Part shown: piece after piece, positions 24,201 to 39,200 of the stretch
Numbering within the stretch: position 1 is the stretch's first letter
Layout: every line of letters starts with the position of its first letter
Source of the DNA: Haliotis cracherodii
Lineage: Eukaryota
Length of the DNA stretch: 64,000 nucleotides
Direction of reading: 5' to 3'
Assembly: GCF_022045235.1 (NCBI RefSeq)
Contig: NW_027266308.1
Span: 49,786,001-49,850,000, forward strand
Position numbers and translations under genes: made by a program
The notes under the pieces: model-generated
The model's database searches: none
The model's input: the letters and a program-made list of their open reading frames with translations, nothing else
What the model was told of the DNA's origin: nothing

Positions 24201-27200
24201 TTGATAATGATAACTGGAATGATTATGTATCCACTGGTAAGGGAACAACTAAACCGCATTTGAGCTGAGATATCTGGATAAATGCAGTTTATACATTTAA
24301 TTTTATTTTAGGACTGTCCTCCTTATCATCATCAAATAAGAAGAAGTCTCTATATACCTTTGCTCTGTCTCGAAGCTGGATAATCTCAGCATTGCTGGCT
24401 TCAAACTGTTCATTACTTGTCCCGGTCTGGCTCTGAAAGAAGACACAAGCTTGATAATAACACAATATACGACACAACAACAACAAAACTCCATAGTTTT
24501 TGGATACTACTTTGTTGGCTTTTCTTGATTCAAAAATCCAAATACATTTACATAATCCATTAACTACCAATTTTATCTATCATACTCCATAAAATATTTC
24601 CATGCTAATCAACCTTCTGCAATGCTGTGCCAGAAGTCAATGAAAGAAAATTCAGAAAAAACATTGCACCTTCTCAAACTTAAATCTTTACAAGTTTCGA
24701 AAATTGTTGCGGTAAAAGTCCTATTTCCCCAGTGTGTTCATCCTGGAAGTAACGGAATTAAGTTTCAGGATAAACACTAGAAGTTGTCCAGGTGAGAATA
24801 TTCACAGCAGGAATACCAGTCTGACGCAAGTCCCAACGAAACAACAAATCAATCTCCAAAAGTAGACTCTGTAGATCGGATTACATCCAGCTCTGCATTA
24901 AACAATTAAGTTTGACACTCGATGAGCAAAAGCTAATAATCAATTCCTGCTGCCTCAACCCAAGTCTCTAAGTGCAGTGGAAAGTTGGCCAATCACACAC
25001 ATAGACAAGATGGCTGCCTGGTTTCAAATTAACCAATTAGAATGGAGGTAGGGTGAAGGAGCACTCCATGAGAAAGTGCACCTCATGAAATGACTGTCAC
25101 CATCTCCATACAGGTTGTAAGCAGTCCCAATGTGTTGATATAAGTGGAACCTTTCATGGCCGGCATGGTGGAGAAAAGATCTACATAGTTCCAAAATCAA
25201 AGTCGAATAAAAGTCATGAATGTGAATGTGTAATTGTTCAGCGAACCTGGCGTCACTCCGAGAGTGGTACGAGACCTGTCCTTCCCACATTGAGGCCGGC
25301 ACTAACGCCACGCCAACTCGAGATTGATAACCTTGCTTCAAAGTTGGAGCAAAATTCTTTCCAATCTTAGCAACATGGACGTCCGGCAAGATAAATGCGT
25401 TTACGTTTTGATCAGGTGCCTCTTATCATCCAAACAGATTCATGAAGGGATTAAGTTCTTTTATCAGCAGATAAGGCAAAAAGTGGGTTATATGAAGGAC
25501 ATGGGCGTTGCGGCACCCAGACACCACAGCGAGATAGGGCACAGTCTTATGCAATAACCACCAGCAGGAAATCCCACGTCACCAACGGGTGCCCACTTAT
25601 CTAGAACATCCTTGGACTTAAGCTTAAATACAAATGCTCAATTCCACCATAGAATTGTTGGCACTCTTGTCCTCTGATCTATGTATCCAAAGTTAACTTT
25701 CCTAAAAATCACTAAATCACTAAAATGTATTTAATCATGACTACACTTTATACATGTAAATTGACATTATTTTCCAAGAGCACAAAGTTCCATAAAGGTC
25801 AATATTAAAGACATGCAGTAAATGTCAATAACGATTTTTAGCTTCCTTTCTATACAATCAAGAACTGTCTATGATTCTTTGGAAAAAAACCCATGCTGCC
25901 ATAGTTAAGTGATTGTGAGTGAGTTAATGCTTTCCGTCACATCGACAATATTTCAGCCATATCGTGACAAGGCATTAGTTAATCCTAACATCATAGTGAG
26001 TGAGTGAGTGAGTGAGTATGGTTTTACGTCGCTTTTAGCAATATTCCAGTAATATCACGGCGGGGGACACCAGAAATGGGCTTCACACCCTAACATCATA
26101 TGTGCATAATCCACAGAACACTAACTCCTGATCAGAACTACAGACAATACTTTAGGGTAACTGGTCTACAAGCAAGTTTAATTCAAGTTCTGTCTGCCAA
26201 ATCATATGTAATGAATCATATCTGCTAATGATTACTAATTACAGAGAAATGTCCCAGTTTGACACATGGTACTAATAAGAATGTCTAGAAATAGACTGAA
26301 ACTGGGCATCAGAACGTGGACCACTGTCTCTGGTTAAGCTATTCAACAGCTTACATTGACAAAATGGTTGACTCATCAACCCAAACCCATTTCAAATGCA
26401 TTAACCCCTAAGAATATTATGACAGACATTATTTGATTTATAAAATGTGTTTACATGCCAACAGCAGAAATTCTGCACCACTTGTACCAGTTAATATTAG
26501 AGTAAAATGTTATATTTAATACAATAGTTTAAAAACCTAGCACAAGAAAAGGTTTGAACTGGTTCTAAAAATCAGTATGATTCTATTTAGGACATCATGT
26601 GTTAGATCAGGGTGGATTTGCTTTGCTTTGTTCATGTGAACTTCCACGCATGGCAAATACACTTCCAGTATATTTGGTCATGAAAACATAAAGTGCCTAC
26701 GTGACCCTTGAGTATTGAACAAAACATACCAGTCTATCCCACTGCAAGTCATGACCTGCGGTTTTCTCACAACCATTTGATCAGGACAATAAGGAAAGTC
26801 AAACAAATGGATCCTGAAGTCTCAATGTTAATCATTTATTTTCTAATCACAAGACTACACTCAGTATTTACCCAATATTGATCACGAGAAATACCACTTT
26901 GACCCAGCCTTATCTCACAGTGCTACACCAGGAGGCTCAATACAAACACATCATCAACTCTCAATACATCATACAACTTACACAACACGGTTGCATATTT
27001 AATCAACAAACACTATTTAATAAATGCCACATATGATGTGCAAGGTATCATATTGACCTTAAACCCCTTATCTATTCGATCGAAACTACAATCACAACGT
27101 ATATTTGAAATCTGATGCCACTACTAAATTATCTGCTTAAAAACTGCACCAAACGATTTCATGACAATTTATTGTCTACATTTAATAAAATAATCATCTG

Positions 27201-30200
27201 TCATTTCAGGATCGAAACCATGTACTGTACCAAATTAATCACAAGAAAAGCTAACAAACGCAAAACAAACATGGCGCTAATTTGTCGATCGAGTTGAATT
27301 ACACGTGTAATGGTCGTGTTGCAACATGTCATAGTGTCGACGTAGTTCAGCTAATTCTCAGCAAGTCGATGACGACTGTTTGTTCAGTGTTGGTGTGCTA
27401 TCAAGCGGCCCTCCACATTGGCTGAAGCTTGGTTTATCTCCGTGGTTTCCGACATATTACAAACACTGCGGCCTGTCACCACACACACAAACTTAATGAA
27501 AGTTGGAGACACACCTTGCCAACGTTTGTGTCAAACAATGCTGTTATCACGCATCGTCCTAGTCGTGTTCCTAAGCTACCCAGAGTAACAGGATAACACG
27601 GTTAATTACCCTACCTGCAAACACAGCATATGGCCAGGCACATGGGTGATAAGTGTTACTAGTTTGTGCATGAGAGATATGCCTGTAGCTGTGTTACAGA
27701 GATGGTATATTTGCTCATTACAGTGCCAATAAGTGTGTGAGAAAGTCTGTCACTAGGGTTTTCTCCAACGACACTGTAACTGAAAACAACCAGTGTTCAC
27801 TGACATTTATTTATTCCATAAAATGACGTTTGAAGTTATTGAATAATATTGTTGGAAATTATGTTTCAATTCCATAACCTTGTTGAGAGTAAACTACACT
27901 TGTATGGTAATGTCAAATCAAGTGCAGTAAATTAAATATTCTCCACCCCGACAGGGATACGGCTCATATCCAATACCAAGAGAACACAGAGAATGGACTT
28001 CACAATGCGTACCTGCAGATGACCTGTGAAGGGACCTAGCCAAGGTGTTGGCCATGATGGCCAACCACAGGCCAACCACAGGACTACCCAATTATATACT
28101 AGTCAAGAAAGTTAAGGAAATACCCAAGGATGTCAGATGAGTGACATGCAGAAAGCCCCCACCCCCAAATTTAACTGATTCCATACAAATAGATTTCCAA
28201 AACGTTATAGCGAAATATATCCCGTCAAGAAAGTCAGTCAATACCCACTAACATTTGCATCAATAACTAATATCTTTACTATCTATACTACTCACAAGAA
28301 GTTAAAGAACACCCGATTTGTCCTATAATTATAGTTAATCTGTCATGGCATTACAGATCAACTATAGCAACATGAAAGAATCAGGTGTTCTTAACTTCTT
28401 TTGAGTAGTATATTTGTAACAGCCATTACTTTTACGACCATGTATATACTGAAATGAATGAAAAACTATCCAATGTATCCATTGCCCCTAAATAGAAATA
28501 TGAAATAATAACACTAAAGAAGTAAATCCAAATTTAATGGGGAATGAAATAAATGAGAATACATACCTATAATCATGATAATAATGGTTAAAGATTTCAT
28601 GGAAGATACCCTAATCACATTAATGTCAAACGGCTTTTTCAAACGTATGCACTTGAATAAACCTTCTATTCCCCGGAGCCTGCGTGTGATAGTATTGTGT
28701 GAACTGCACCGACACTAGCGGAGACATGTGTTCATGTGACTGTGTGAACATGGCCACACCCAACATCTGTGACAGATGTAGTAAATGACACTATCACACT
28801 GTAACAAAGTACAGGAAGCAGTAGTATCAACAATGGAGGCAATATGTCCCGGGCGCGGACACGGGTCCACAAAACATCTTCATGGAATTCTGCATCCATC
28901 CCATTAATTTCACATTTATATGATCAAAGCCAAACAGGTGCACATGTACTTTATGTGTAACAGTTTGTTTTGTTTGATTGTTGTTTAACGAACGCCGCAC
29001 TCGGCAATATTCCAGCTATATGACGGCGGTATGTAAATAATGGTGTCTGGACCAGACAATCCAGTGATTGACATCATGAGCAATGATCCACGCAATTGGG
29101 ATGCGATGACATGCATCAACCAAGACAGTGATCCTGTTCGTTGCCTCTTACGACAAGCATAGTCACCTTTTACAGCAAGAATGGGTTGCTGAAGACCTAT
29201 TCTACCCCAGATCTTCACGGGTCACAGAACACAGATCTAGTTGGTGAGTTTTACATTTTAGTCAAAGATACAGGCAGGACTGAAAAGGCATAGAGTCTGG
29301 ACCACACAAAAGAGTGATTGATAGTGTTGGGGAAATAATGAGTCCCATCCGGGATTTGAACCCAAACTAGGCTGGATTAGAGGTAATGACTAACCAGTTG
29401 TCCTGCTACTGATTTCCAGTGCTGAGCCTCGGTTTGTAGTCGTGTGGCCTCCTGACGCAGCCTGTTGATTTCATGCTGGAGGCTGATATTGTCACCAAGG
29501 TCCCATTCAGATCCACCGACCCCTTCAGAAAATCCTGTAAGATAAAAAGACAAACATGAAATATTAGCTGGAATGGATGAATGAGTGAGTTAGGTTGCAG
29601 CTTTGAACAGTTATATACTACTCAAAGAAAGTTAAGGACCAAGTGATTCTTTCCTGTTACTATAGTTAATATGTCATGGCATATGGAATAGTACGTAACC
29701 GTGTGTTCTCATGGGAGCCAAGTAAAGTGATGCAGGCCTTAGATGTTTACCACTTTGGTGAAATCCACAAGCACGGGTATGGTGCCGACAAAACCAGAAT
29801 CACTATCAGGTGATCTTAGATGAACTAGAATCTCTGCTCAAAGGTTCTGCTTTCATGACATGTATAAATACATGGAGATGATGCAGTAACATCCATCAAC
29901 AAGTACATCATCAACTTTCAAAGACCTATAAATACATTATGAATGTAGAAGTATTGTACAGTGTTGAATGTAGAAGTATTGTAAAGTGTTGAATGTAGAA
30001 TTATTGTACAGAGTGTTGAATGTAGAAGTATAGTGCAATGTTGAAAATAGAAGTATAGTGCAGTGTTGAATGTAGAAGTATTGTACAGTGTTGAACGTAG
30101 CAGTATTGTACAGAGTGTTGAATGTAGAGGTATAGTGCAGTGTTGAATGTAGAAGTATTGTACAGTGTTGAATGTAGAAGTATTGTACAGTGTTGAATGT

Positions 30201-33200
30201 AGAAGTATTGTACAGAGTGTTGAATGTAGAAGTATAGTGCAATGTTGAATGTAGAAGTATAGTGCTGTGTTGAATGTAGAAGTATTGTACAGAGTGTTTA
30301 ATGTAGAAGTATAGTGCAATGTTGAATGTAGAAGTAAAGTGCAGTGTTGAAAGTAGAGTATTGTGCACAGTTAAAGCAACACTGTAGAGAGTGTTGAAAT
30401 ATTGTCAGTGTGTGATGTGGAAAAATTGTACAAAGAACAGGATTTAGAGAAATTATGTCACAGAACATGGGATGTCAAGATATTGTACACAAAGTTGGAT
30501 GGAGAGAGACTGTACAGAGCATGGGATGTCAAGATATTGTACACACAGTTGGATGGAGAGAGACTGTACAGAGCATGGGATGTCAAGATATTGTACACAC
30601 TGTTGGATGGAGAGAGACTGTACAGAGCATGGGATGTCAAGATATTGTACACACTGTTGGATGGAGAGAGACTGTACAGAGCATGGGATGTCAAGATATT
30701 GTACACACTGTTGGATGGAGAGAGACTGTACAGAACATGGGATGTCAAGATAATGTACACACTGTTGGATGGAGAGAGACTGTACAGAGCATGGGATGTC
30801 AAGATATTGTACACACTGTTGGATGGAGAGAGACTGTACAGAACATGGGATGTCAAGATATTGTACACACTGTTGGATGGAGAGAGACTGTACAGAGCAT
30901 GGGATGTCAAGATATTGTACACACTGTTGGATGGAGAGAGACTGTACAGAACATGGGATGTCAAGATATTGTACACACAGTTGGATGGAGAGAGACTGTA
31001 CAGAGCATGGGATGTCAAGATATTGTACACACAGTTGGATGGAGAGAGACTGTACAGAGCATGGGATGTCAAGATATTGTACACACTGTTGGATGGAGAG
31101 AGACTGTACAGAGCATGGGATGTCAAGATATTGTACACACTGTTGGATGGAGAGAGACTGTACAGAGCATGGGATGTCAAGATATTGTACACACTGTTGG
31201 ATGGAGAGAGACTGTACAGAACATGGGATGTCAAGATAATGTACACACTGTTGGATGGAGAGAGACTGTACAGAACATGGGATGTTAGGACAAAACTCCT
31301 TGGATGAAGGTAGTGCATGTTTCAGAAGTTACAAGTTTGCTTTATATTATATTTTTACTGCACAACATTGATGCTACTGATTATACAGCTTCCTGTCATT
31401 CCTTGAGTGTGGTATACAGATATTAAGGATCTCTACTTAGTAAAATACACAAGGCAAAGCCATTTAGGTATCCATAGAGTTACCTGCCCTTGCTGATAAC
31501 TATAAAACACACACAAGAACACCTGGACATATGGATGACATCAGCCAAAATAAGAATCAAAAAAATTTTTTTTTTCAGCTTCAAAATGATAAATGATTTT
31601 GATAAACAAATTACATCTGTTCAGAATAGAAGACTAACAATGAATAAAATAATTCAGCTCAAAGTTCATAAAACAAAGATATAGTCCAAATTACCCAACC
31701 TACAAAAATGTTTTAGACCTACAACATGAATACATGGACATTCTTATCACTCTCTACTGTACATTTCTCCTGGATTATAAACACCTGGAAATAAACCTAC
31801 TTCAAATGAGATGACCTTATTTCAGACTGATGAAATTTCATTTGACCTCATTGCTATAATAAAGAAATAAGTGGCCCTAATATTTTTCTAATAAAGCAGA
31901 TTTGATACAGATATTCCTGGGAATGGAGAATGCATATCCTACATTCCCACTGTAACTCAACACTATGTCAGTTTGATGTAGACACACACAGGAAATGACT
32001 CTTCTACTCTGACAATAATCAAGTAAAAATGTACCAGAAATAGTCAGCGGGGAACAATATGACAACTATGTGCCCCGGCACGAGCAGAGAGAAGCTCGAG
32101 TGGGTTACATGGACACATGGCATGTCATGGAAAACAGAGGCTGTAAACTTTTATGATCTTCAGAAAGGACAGATGTGGCCATTTATGATTATCAGCAAAC
32201 ATTCACTTGTTTGCCTTGTGGCCGGCACATCGTGTGGTAGACTCGTAAACGTGAAACTGAAATCCCATCATGTATGGTACGAGCAAAAGACTGAGCAATT
32301 CGATATGGTATTGCCTGTATAGTGACAGTGTTGTGCGTCATCTTGCACAGATGGACAGAATATTGCTGTATGTCACAACATCACAATTATTCCTAGTGCA
32401 TGCAAAGAATAGAGGACCTTTTGCCATGTTTGCACATAGAAATGTTAAAATGGTGTGAAAATAATTTAGCCCAGGTCATAAATAAATGAAAAAAAACATC
32501 CTTTGACCCACATCAATGACAAAATAAAATAATTTTTTTTTTTTTTAAATCTAGTTAATCCAAAACCAGAAAAACCTTATACATTTTCTCTCTTGATTTG
32601 AAATGTCTATGTGAAATTTTCATATGAATATGCCACAAATAACAACATTCCTTAGTGAATATATACGAAAATGTTAACCTACCTGTCCCTATTGTATTTT
32701 ACAACAAACTTTTCTTCCTAAATCAATGGTCCAAAAATGCTTGCAAATTTATCATAAAGAGGTGTTGGTTTTAATATTAACATCGGCAGGTCTTTCAGAA
32801 TCACAAATATTATAAACAAATAAATAACAAAATAACCAAAAAATCTGACACAAGTTACAAATAAATAGGTTTAATTTTTTTTATGAAAGCAACTAATTAA
32901 AAAAATGTCAAGCACCACTTTTGCAGCCATTGCCAAGAAAAACATAAAAACATGGCGCTGCCATGTTACAATAAGCAAACACCTATGTTTCTTTCTAAAT
33001 CACTGTAGTGTCATCCAATTAAAGTAAGACGGCATCAGCCTACAACTACAGTGGTTACACAGTCTGATGGACGCATTCAGAGCAAGCATGAGCACATCAG
33101 CCTCTTTTCACAACCCGTGCCGGACACACAATAACATCAGTCATGGAGTATTGAGGGCAACCGCTTGATGGAAATGCAGCAACTATTATATTCAACACCC

Positions 33201-36200
33201 ACACAATTTAACTCAAGGCATGTAGCATATGCATACTATCAACTACACATTTCATACATGTGTGACGATGTTTCTGTCCCGGTCAGTACTGATACACTCT
33301 GTCCTCATGGCTATGAATTACATATCAATTTTGCTGAAATAATTGATATCTTTCTCATTTAAACTTAACTTTTGAAATATTTGCATAGTCTATATATCAA
33401 ATTTAAAGTAATTTCCTATTATCCAATGGAACAAGCACCATGCAAGTCATTAAAGAATATATCTCAATACCAAACCTTAACTAGAACTCGTTTTATGACT
33501 TATCTTCAATAATAAGTATACTGGTACATTTCATGTACTTAAATAAGTCTACACAAATCCAAATTCATGTAACAAAATGAGTAAGTATAATAAGAACAAC
33601 CAACATAACAATTAAAATTAATCAAAATATATTTATTTAACGAGATGAAAACTAGAAAAAAAAATATTAAAATTAAAATGTACAAATACATGTCTATGAA
33701 ATTTTCAGTGAACATGCCCAACACCTTGAAACCCAGAGGCACCAGACCAACCTGATTGGGAACATGCTGTGTGTCCTGTACTACATGTTGCCTGTATGGC
33801 AGGTTATTCCACACATCAGATTCAACAGCCCGCCACGTGGTGGTTCACAATGACTTGCAGATTAATTCCCACATCAATAATCTATAGTAATATGTTAGTA
33901 GATAAGACTCAAGTGCCATGCTATACCTGTGCAGATGACTGTCACCCAAGTCCAGGTTGTGAGAGACGGAAAGAGTACACATCCTTGCACATGGTCATGG
34001 TCCCAATACTGTCCAAGTAATGTGTATCATTATACCGACTAATCTCCGCCTGATGAAGACTTGAATACCAATCAGGCGACATTAACGCACGACGGCCCAT
34101 TTGAATGCATGTACACATACTTGAATACTCTCCATATGCCAGCATGCATGGAGTCAGGCCTAGGTGTGAAGGCTTGAAGAAGCTGTGAAAGAGACTGTGA
34201 ATAGCAAGCGTCCTACCCTGACTGAGCACTTCTTTGTGGCCATGCTTGCCCTGTGATGTCTGGAGCTGACTGGGTGTGCATTATGTCTTCCCCCGGCTCT
34301 CCACCCCGCTCGTGAATGGACCAACGACGTAATCTGGGCCAACTGATTTAAACCTCAAGTGTGTTGGTAGAGGGGTAAGAACGGACTTTGCCCGAGAGAT
34401 AAGTGATTTGGGCGGGAAAATTGCAGAGCACATGATCAGTTACCCTAGCCACACCCTACACCTCACCACCCTTTCCTCGCTGTGAAGCGCAGGACTTTTT
34501 GAAGGATTTCTTATGTGTCAACATAAATGATTAATCATAGAGTAAACATTGATTGTATTTGCCAAAATGAAGGCTCCACTCAAAAGAGGGTATTGCGAGA
34601 CCTAACAGTCCCTATGCTTCCTGGGCCGACAATATGTTGACAGATAAGCTTGTCTAAAGCTTTTCCGATTGTATATCAACAGGTGCCCCTACCCAGGGTG
34701 GGTCTGGCATGAAGTGTGGGTCAGACTACCCAGGGTGGGTCTGGCATGAAGTGTGGGTCAGACTACCATGGGTGGGTCTGGCATGAAGTGTGGGTCAGAC
34801 TACCCAGGGTGGGTCAGGCATGAAGTGTGGGTCAGACTACCCAGGGTGGGTCTGGCATGATGTGTGGGTCAAACTACCCAGGGTGGGTCTGGCATGAAGT
34901 GTGGGTCAGACTACCCAGGGTGGGTCTGGCATGAAGTGTGGGTCAGACTACCATGGGTGGGTCTGGCATGAAGTGTGGGTCAGACTACCCAGGGTGGGTC
35001 TGGCATGAAGTGTGGGTCAGACTACCATGGGTGGGTCTGGCATGAAGTGTGGGTCAGACTACCCAGGGTGGGTCAGGCATGAAGTGTGGGTCAGACTACC
35101 ATGGGTGGGTGAGGCATGAAGTGTGGGTCAGACTACCATGGGTGGGTCAGGCATGAAGTGTGGGTCAGACTACCATGGGTGGGTGAGGCTTGAAGTGTGG
35201 GTCAGGCTACCCAGATCGGGGTAAAACAGCTAATCATTGCTGCCTGTAAAAATTACCAGATTGATTTCATATTGTTGCCTAGTTATTTTCGTGTTAAAGG
35301 CAAAATGCAGTCTGTGAAGTTATTTTTGTTGATGTATGGACAATCTCAACCAAGTGACATATGTCAACACAAATCGATAAAAGTTAAAAAGTCAAGGGAG
35401 ATATTCTATTTATCATCCAAAATCATTTTCAGTTTGTAAACAGGATTAACCAATGTCTGGAGTGTAACAAATACATCTAACGTGTATTAGTGGTACAGAT
35501 ATTAGTGATGTCATGGTGACCGATGAGTGAGTGAGTTAAAATTTAACGTCACATCGGCATTATTTCAGCCATATAGCGACGAGACCAAGTTAATATATTT
35601 ACAATTTAGTTATTTATGCTGCATCTGTATGTTTTATCTAAAAACAAGTTGTGAAACATATTTGAGCATACTATATTTAAAAAGAATTTATGAAACATAT
35701 TTGAGTGGTGACCGATGAAGCCACAATGGACTGCAAAGCACTGTGATGCTATTTCAGTGCTATGCGAATTTATATACCTCCATAAACGCAAAACACAATT
35801 TGGTTGACAGAGAAAAAGATAATCAATGGGAAAATTTTGGATTCAAACCAACTATCAGTGGATCCTTGCATCCAAGGGACACAACTCTGCACCATTGTGC
35901 TACCCATACCCTTAATTGTCTGAAGAACGAGCAGAGTGACTGACAAAAGAATGTAGAAAGGAGACCAACAGAATGTTTACTGGAACTGACTATATAACAC
36001 GTGCGCGAGTGAGTTTGGTTTAACGCTGCTTTGAACAGTATTCCAGTTACATCACAGCATGTCAGCAACGTACAAAGCAACCACCAAAAAACCAAAGTAA
36101 TTAAAGGCAACCCTGATAAAGCAAAAGCTTGATCAAATTCAAACACTTGTTCCCAGCCTTAGGCTGGTTGAAATTCCTGTCAATTGAAGTCTTTTAAAAC

Positions 36201-39200
36201 CACTCATCCCTCCCAATATCTGGGCCAATACAGTACTCTTTCAAATCTTAAACTGACACTTAACACTCTGACTGAATAGTTTTATCCTTGTTAATAAACA
36301 CTTGTGCTGTGTCAAGTTTGCATTCTGTCATCTCATGGTACATAAAGCACACCAAATAGTAGGTCAGATGAACAGAAGGCAATATGTGAGCAACATGCAG
36401 CTTGTGACGAGGTAGCACTGACATTGAACAAGGCACGGTTTTACCTGCAAGCACCTTACCTACAGGTGTGGAGTCAAAGCAGGCTAAGGAACATATCCGA
36501 CGGTCAGACTGTCCCCAATATGACTCTCCATCACCCCCAAACTGAATCTACAATGTCCCGAACACTCTCATCAAAGCAAAACACTGTCTGTCATTGTAAA
36601 AGTGGTTGTAAAGCCCCCTTCTCAGGTTTGACAAATTTTCATGCAGAGCAAACAATATCATTATAAAAGAAACTGTGTTTGAGGTTGAATAAACAGGAAG
36701 ATTAAACAAGTATCCTCTGAGTGTGGTATGGCTGGCCTGTGACATCAGGGACCCAGCCATGGGAGGAGGAGGACATTGATAACAGTCTCAGCCAGTGACG
36801 TACAGTTGTCAGTCATATGGATTGGCTTGATGGTAATTGAACAGCAATACAAATAGGATTTATAATTAATTGTGAAATACTTGAGTGAAACTGTGCACAA
36901 ATATTTTTTGATAAAAAAATACAATACTCAACTTTTGAAAGGGATAATAAGGCATGTCAGATGTAATTAAATATACGCTTGACATATTTTGATAATTTTT
37001 TTGTGTTATTGAGATATATATCCATATCAAAAGTGCAGTAAAACGTATACTACTCAACGTTTGCTTAGCAGCACAGTTTTGATCAAAAATAACTATTTCG
37101 GTCCTTAGTAAATGTTGAGTTGTAATACAACATGTGTTAAATAATAAGAATATGACAGCTAGGACTGAGATATAATACCATGACTGAATCTGGAACAATT
37201 CCTTTTCCGCATTATATTGACTACTTTGAAATCCTCTCTCTTCAAGTAATCAATATTATCAATATATTGAAATAATCTGTAGCATGTATATCAATACTGA
37301 AAATTCCAACCAAGGAAATGCTCACTGAAAGTGCTTGACACACTACTATTCAGTAAAGTGAAAAACAAAATTATGATATTGGTAAGTAAAACTGAAAGTA
37401 CTTTTTTATTTTTTATTTTAGTACCTTTCCCTTAATTTGTGTTAACGAAATTTATCACAAGTATTATATATAATACATGGCTAATACAATATGGTACAAA
37501 AAGATAACAAAGCAATGAATAATTTCCCAACTAACATTTTCTACCATAATAATTTGGCAGACATTATTTTTTCTATCAGGGACTTTTGGCAACATATGCC
37601 AAGGATAATATTAATAAAAAATTAGATATCAACCGTGTTTACATCAACTGACAAAATAATGCACTCAAATGCAACTTACTTTTGTTTAATAATCAATGTG
37701 CTGTAACATGCTTTCAGAAAGTTGCCGTAGCATAAAATAACATTTAGTATCAGAGTTTATTTTTAACCTTGTGAATTGAACACAGTGACCACAACATTCA
37801 TGTACATAAAATATGGACTGTGAAAAAACACATAGGGACCTTGTCAGGAACAGATTTTCTCAGTCGATCCCAGCTGTCGCTAAATACAGATGGGAAATAT
37901 CAATTCTGATGTATTGACGAAATATTAAAAAGGGCCACACAAACATGGCCTAACTTCACACCACTCCTTCATTGCTTCATCCCTTCCCACTCCATCATGT
38001 GCTATCATCTGGTCATGTTCATACTAGGGCTGCAACGAATACGATTCGTATCACGAATATAGGGTAACGAATACGAATAGCAATTCACGAATACAATAAC
38101 AAGTCAGCAGTTGATGTATTATTTGTTGTAATCAGTGAAACAATAACATCAATTATTTGACATGGTTTGTTAATTATTAATATATTATACATTTATATTC
38201 AGCACTTTTCCAGGAACTAATATCTGCACAAATGCGACAATGACCAGTGGCCACAATACTGTCAAATTAAATATTATGAGAGTGTTGTCTTTTGAAGACA
38301 TCTATGCATATAATATGTTCTTATGGATGTTTTTAGGTACGGGGTATGTAAATGCACATGACTGCATATTCATAAATATTCGATTTTAGTGGCCGGGAGT
38401 GTGAGTGAGTGAATACTAAACATCACATCGGCAGTATTTCAGCCATATATTGATGATTGGGGCCGGGAGTGTGAGTGAGTGAATACTTAACGTCACATCG
38501 GCACTATTTCAGCCATAACGTGACGATTGGGGCTGGGTGTGTGAGTGAGTGAATACTTAACGTCACATCGGCACTATTTCAGCCATATCGTGATGATTGG
38601 GGCCGGGAGTGTGAGTGAGTGAATACTTAACATCACATCGGCACTATTTCAGCCATATTGTGATGATTGGGGCTGGGAGTGTGAGTGAGTGAATACTAAA
38701 CATCACATCGGCACTATTTCAGCCATATCGTGACGATTGGGGCCGGGAGTGTGAGTGAGTGAATACTTAACGTCACATCGGCACTATTTCAGGCATATCG
38801 TGATGATTGGGGCCAGGAAAGTGGGTCCACCTTACAGTGGTTTCTAGACATCAAAGTAAAATGTACCACATAGTTATATTTAGATAAGGCCATAACAATT
38901 CAAATACCAGGTATTTGATTTTCATCAAAAACAAAATTTGGCAGGAGGAATAAAATATTTCATTTCGTTTTTAACGCAAACCATTCAAGGCATCTGTGTG
39001 TGTTAACTATAGTTTGTACATGTACTTGGAGGCAACACAATTATGTGATGGCTGTTTGGCTGAGGGACAGGCATGGATGGAAATCTGATAATTAATTAAT
39101 AATATCCAAATATAATGGATTTACAGTCGTAATACATCTTACATCTACACAAAGGTTAATTTCAATGTGGAATAATAAATCCTTAACTTTCGGGAGTTAA

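Noticed and set aside
29918-30368. 133-aa and 143-aa repetitive ORFs
   Set aside because: Translations of the 25-27-bp minisatellite.
30402-31318. Long repetitive ORFs (301, 277 and 286 aa) on both strands
   Set aside because: They arise from a stop-poor 54-bp (multiple of 3) minisatellite in an intron and are open in several frames.
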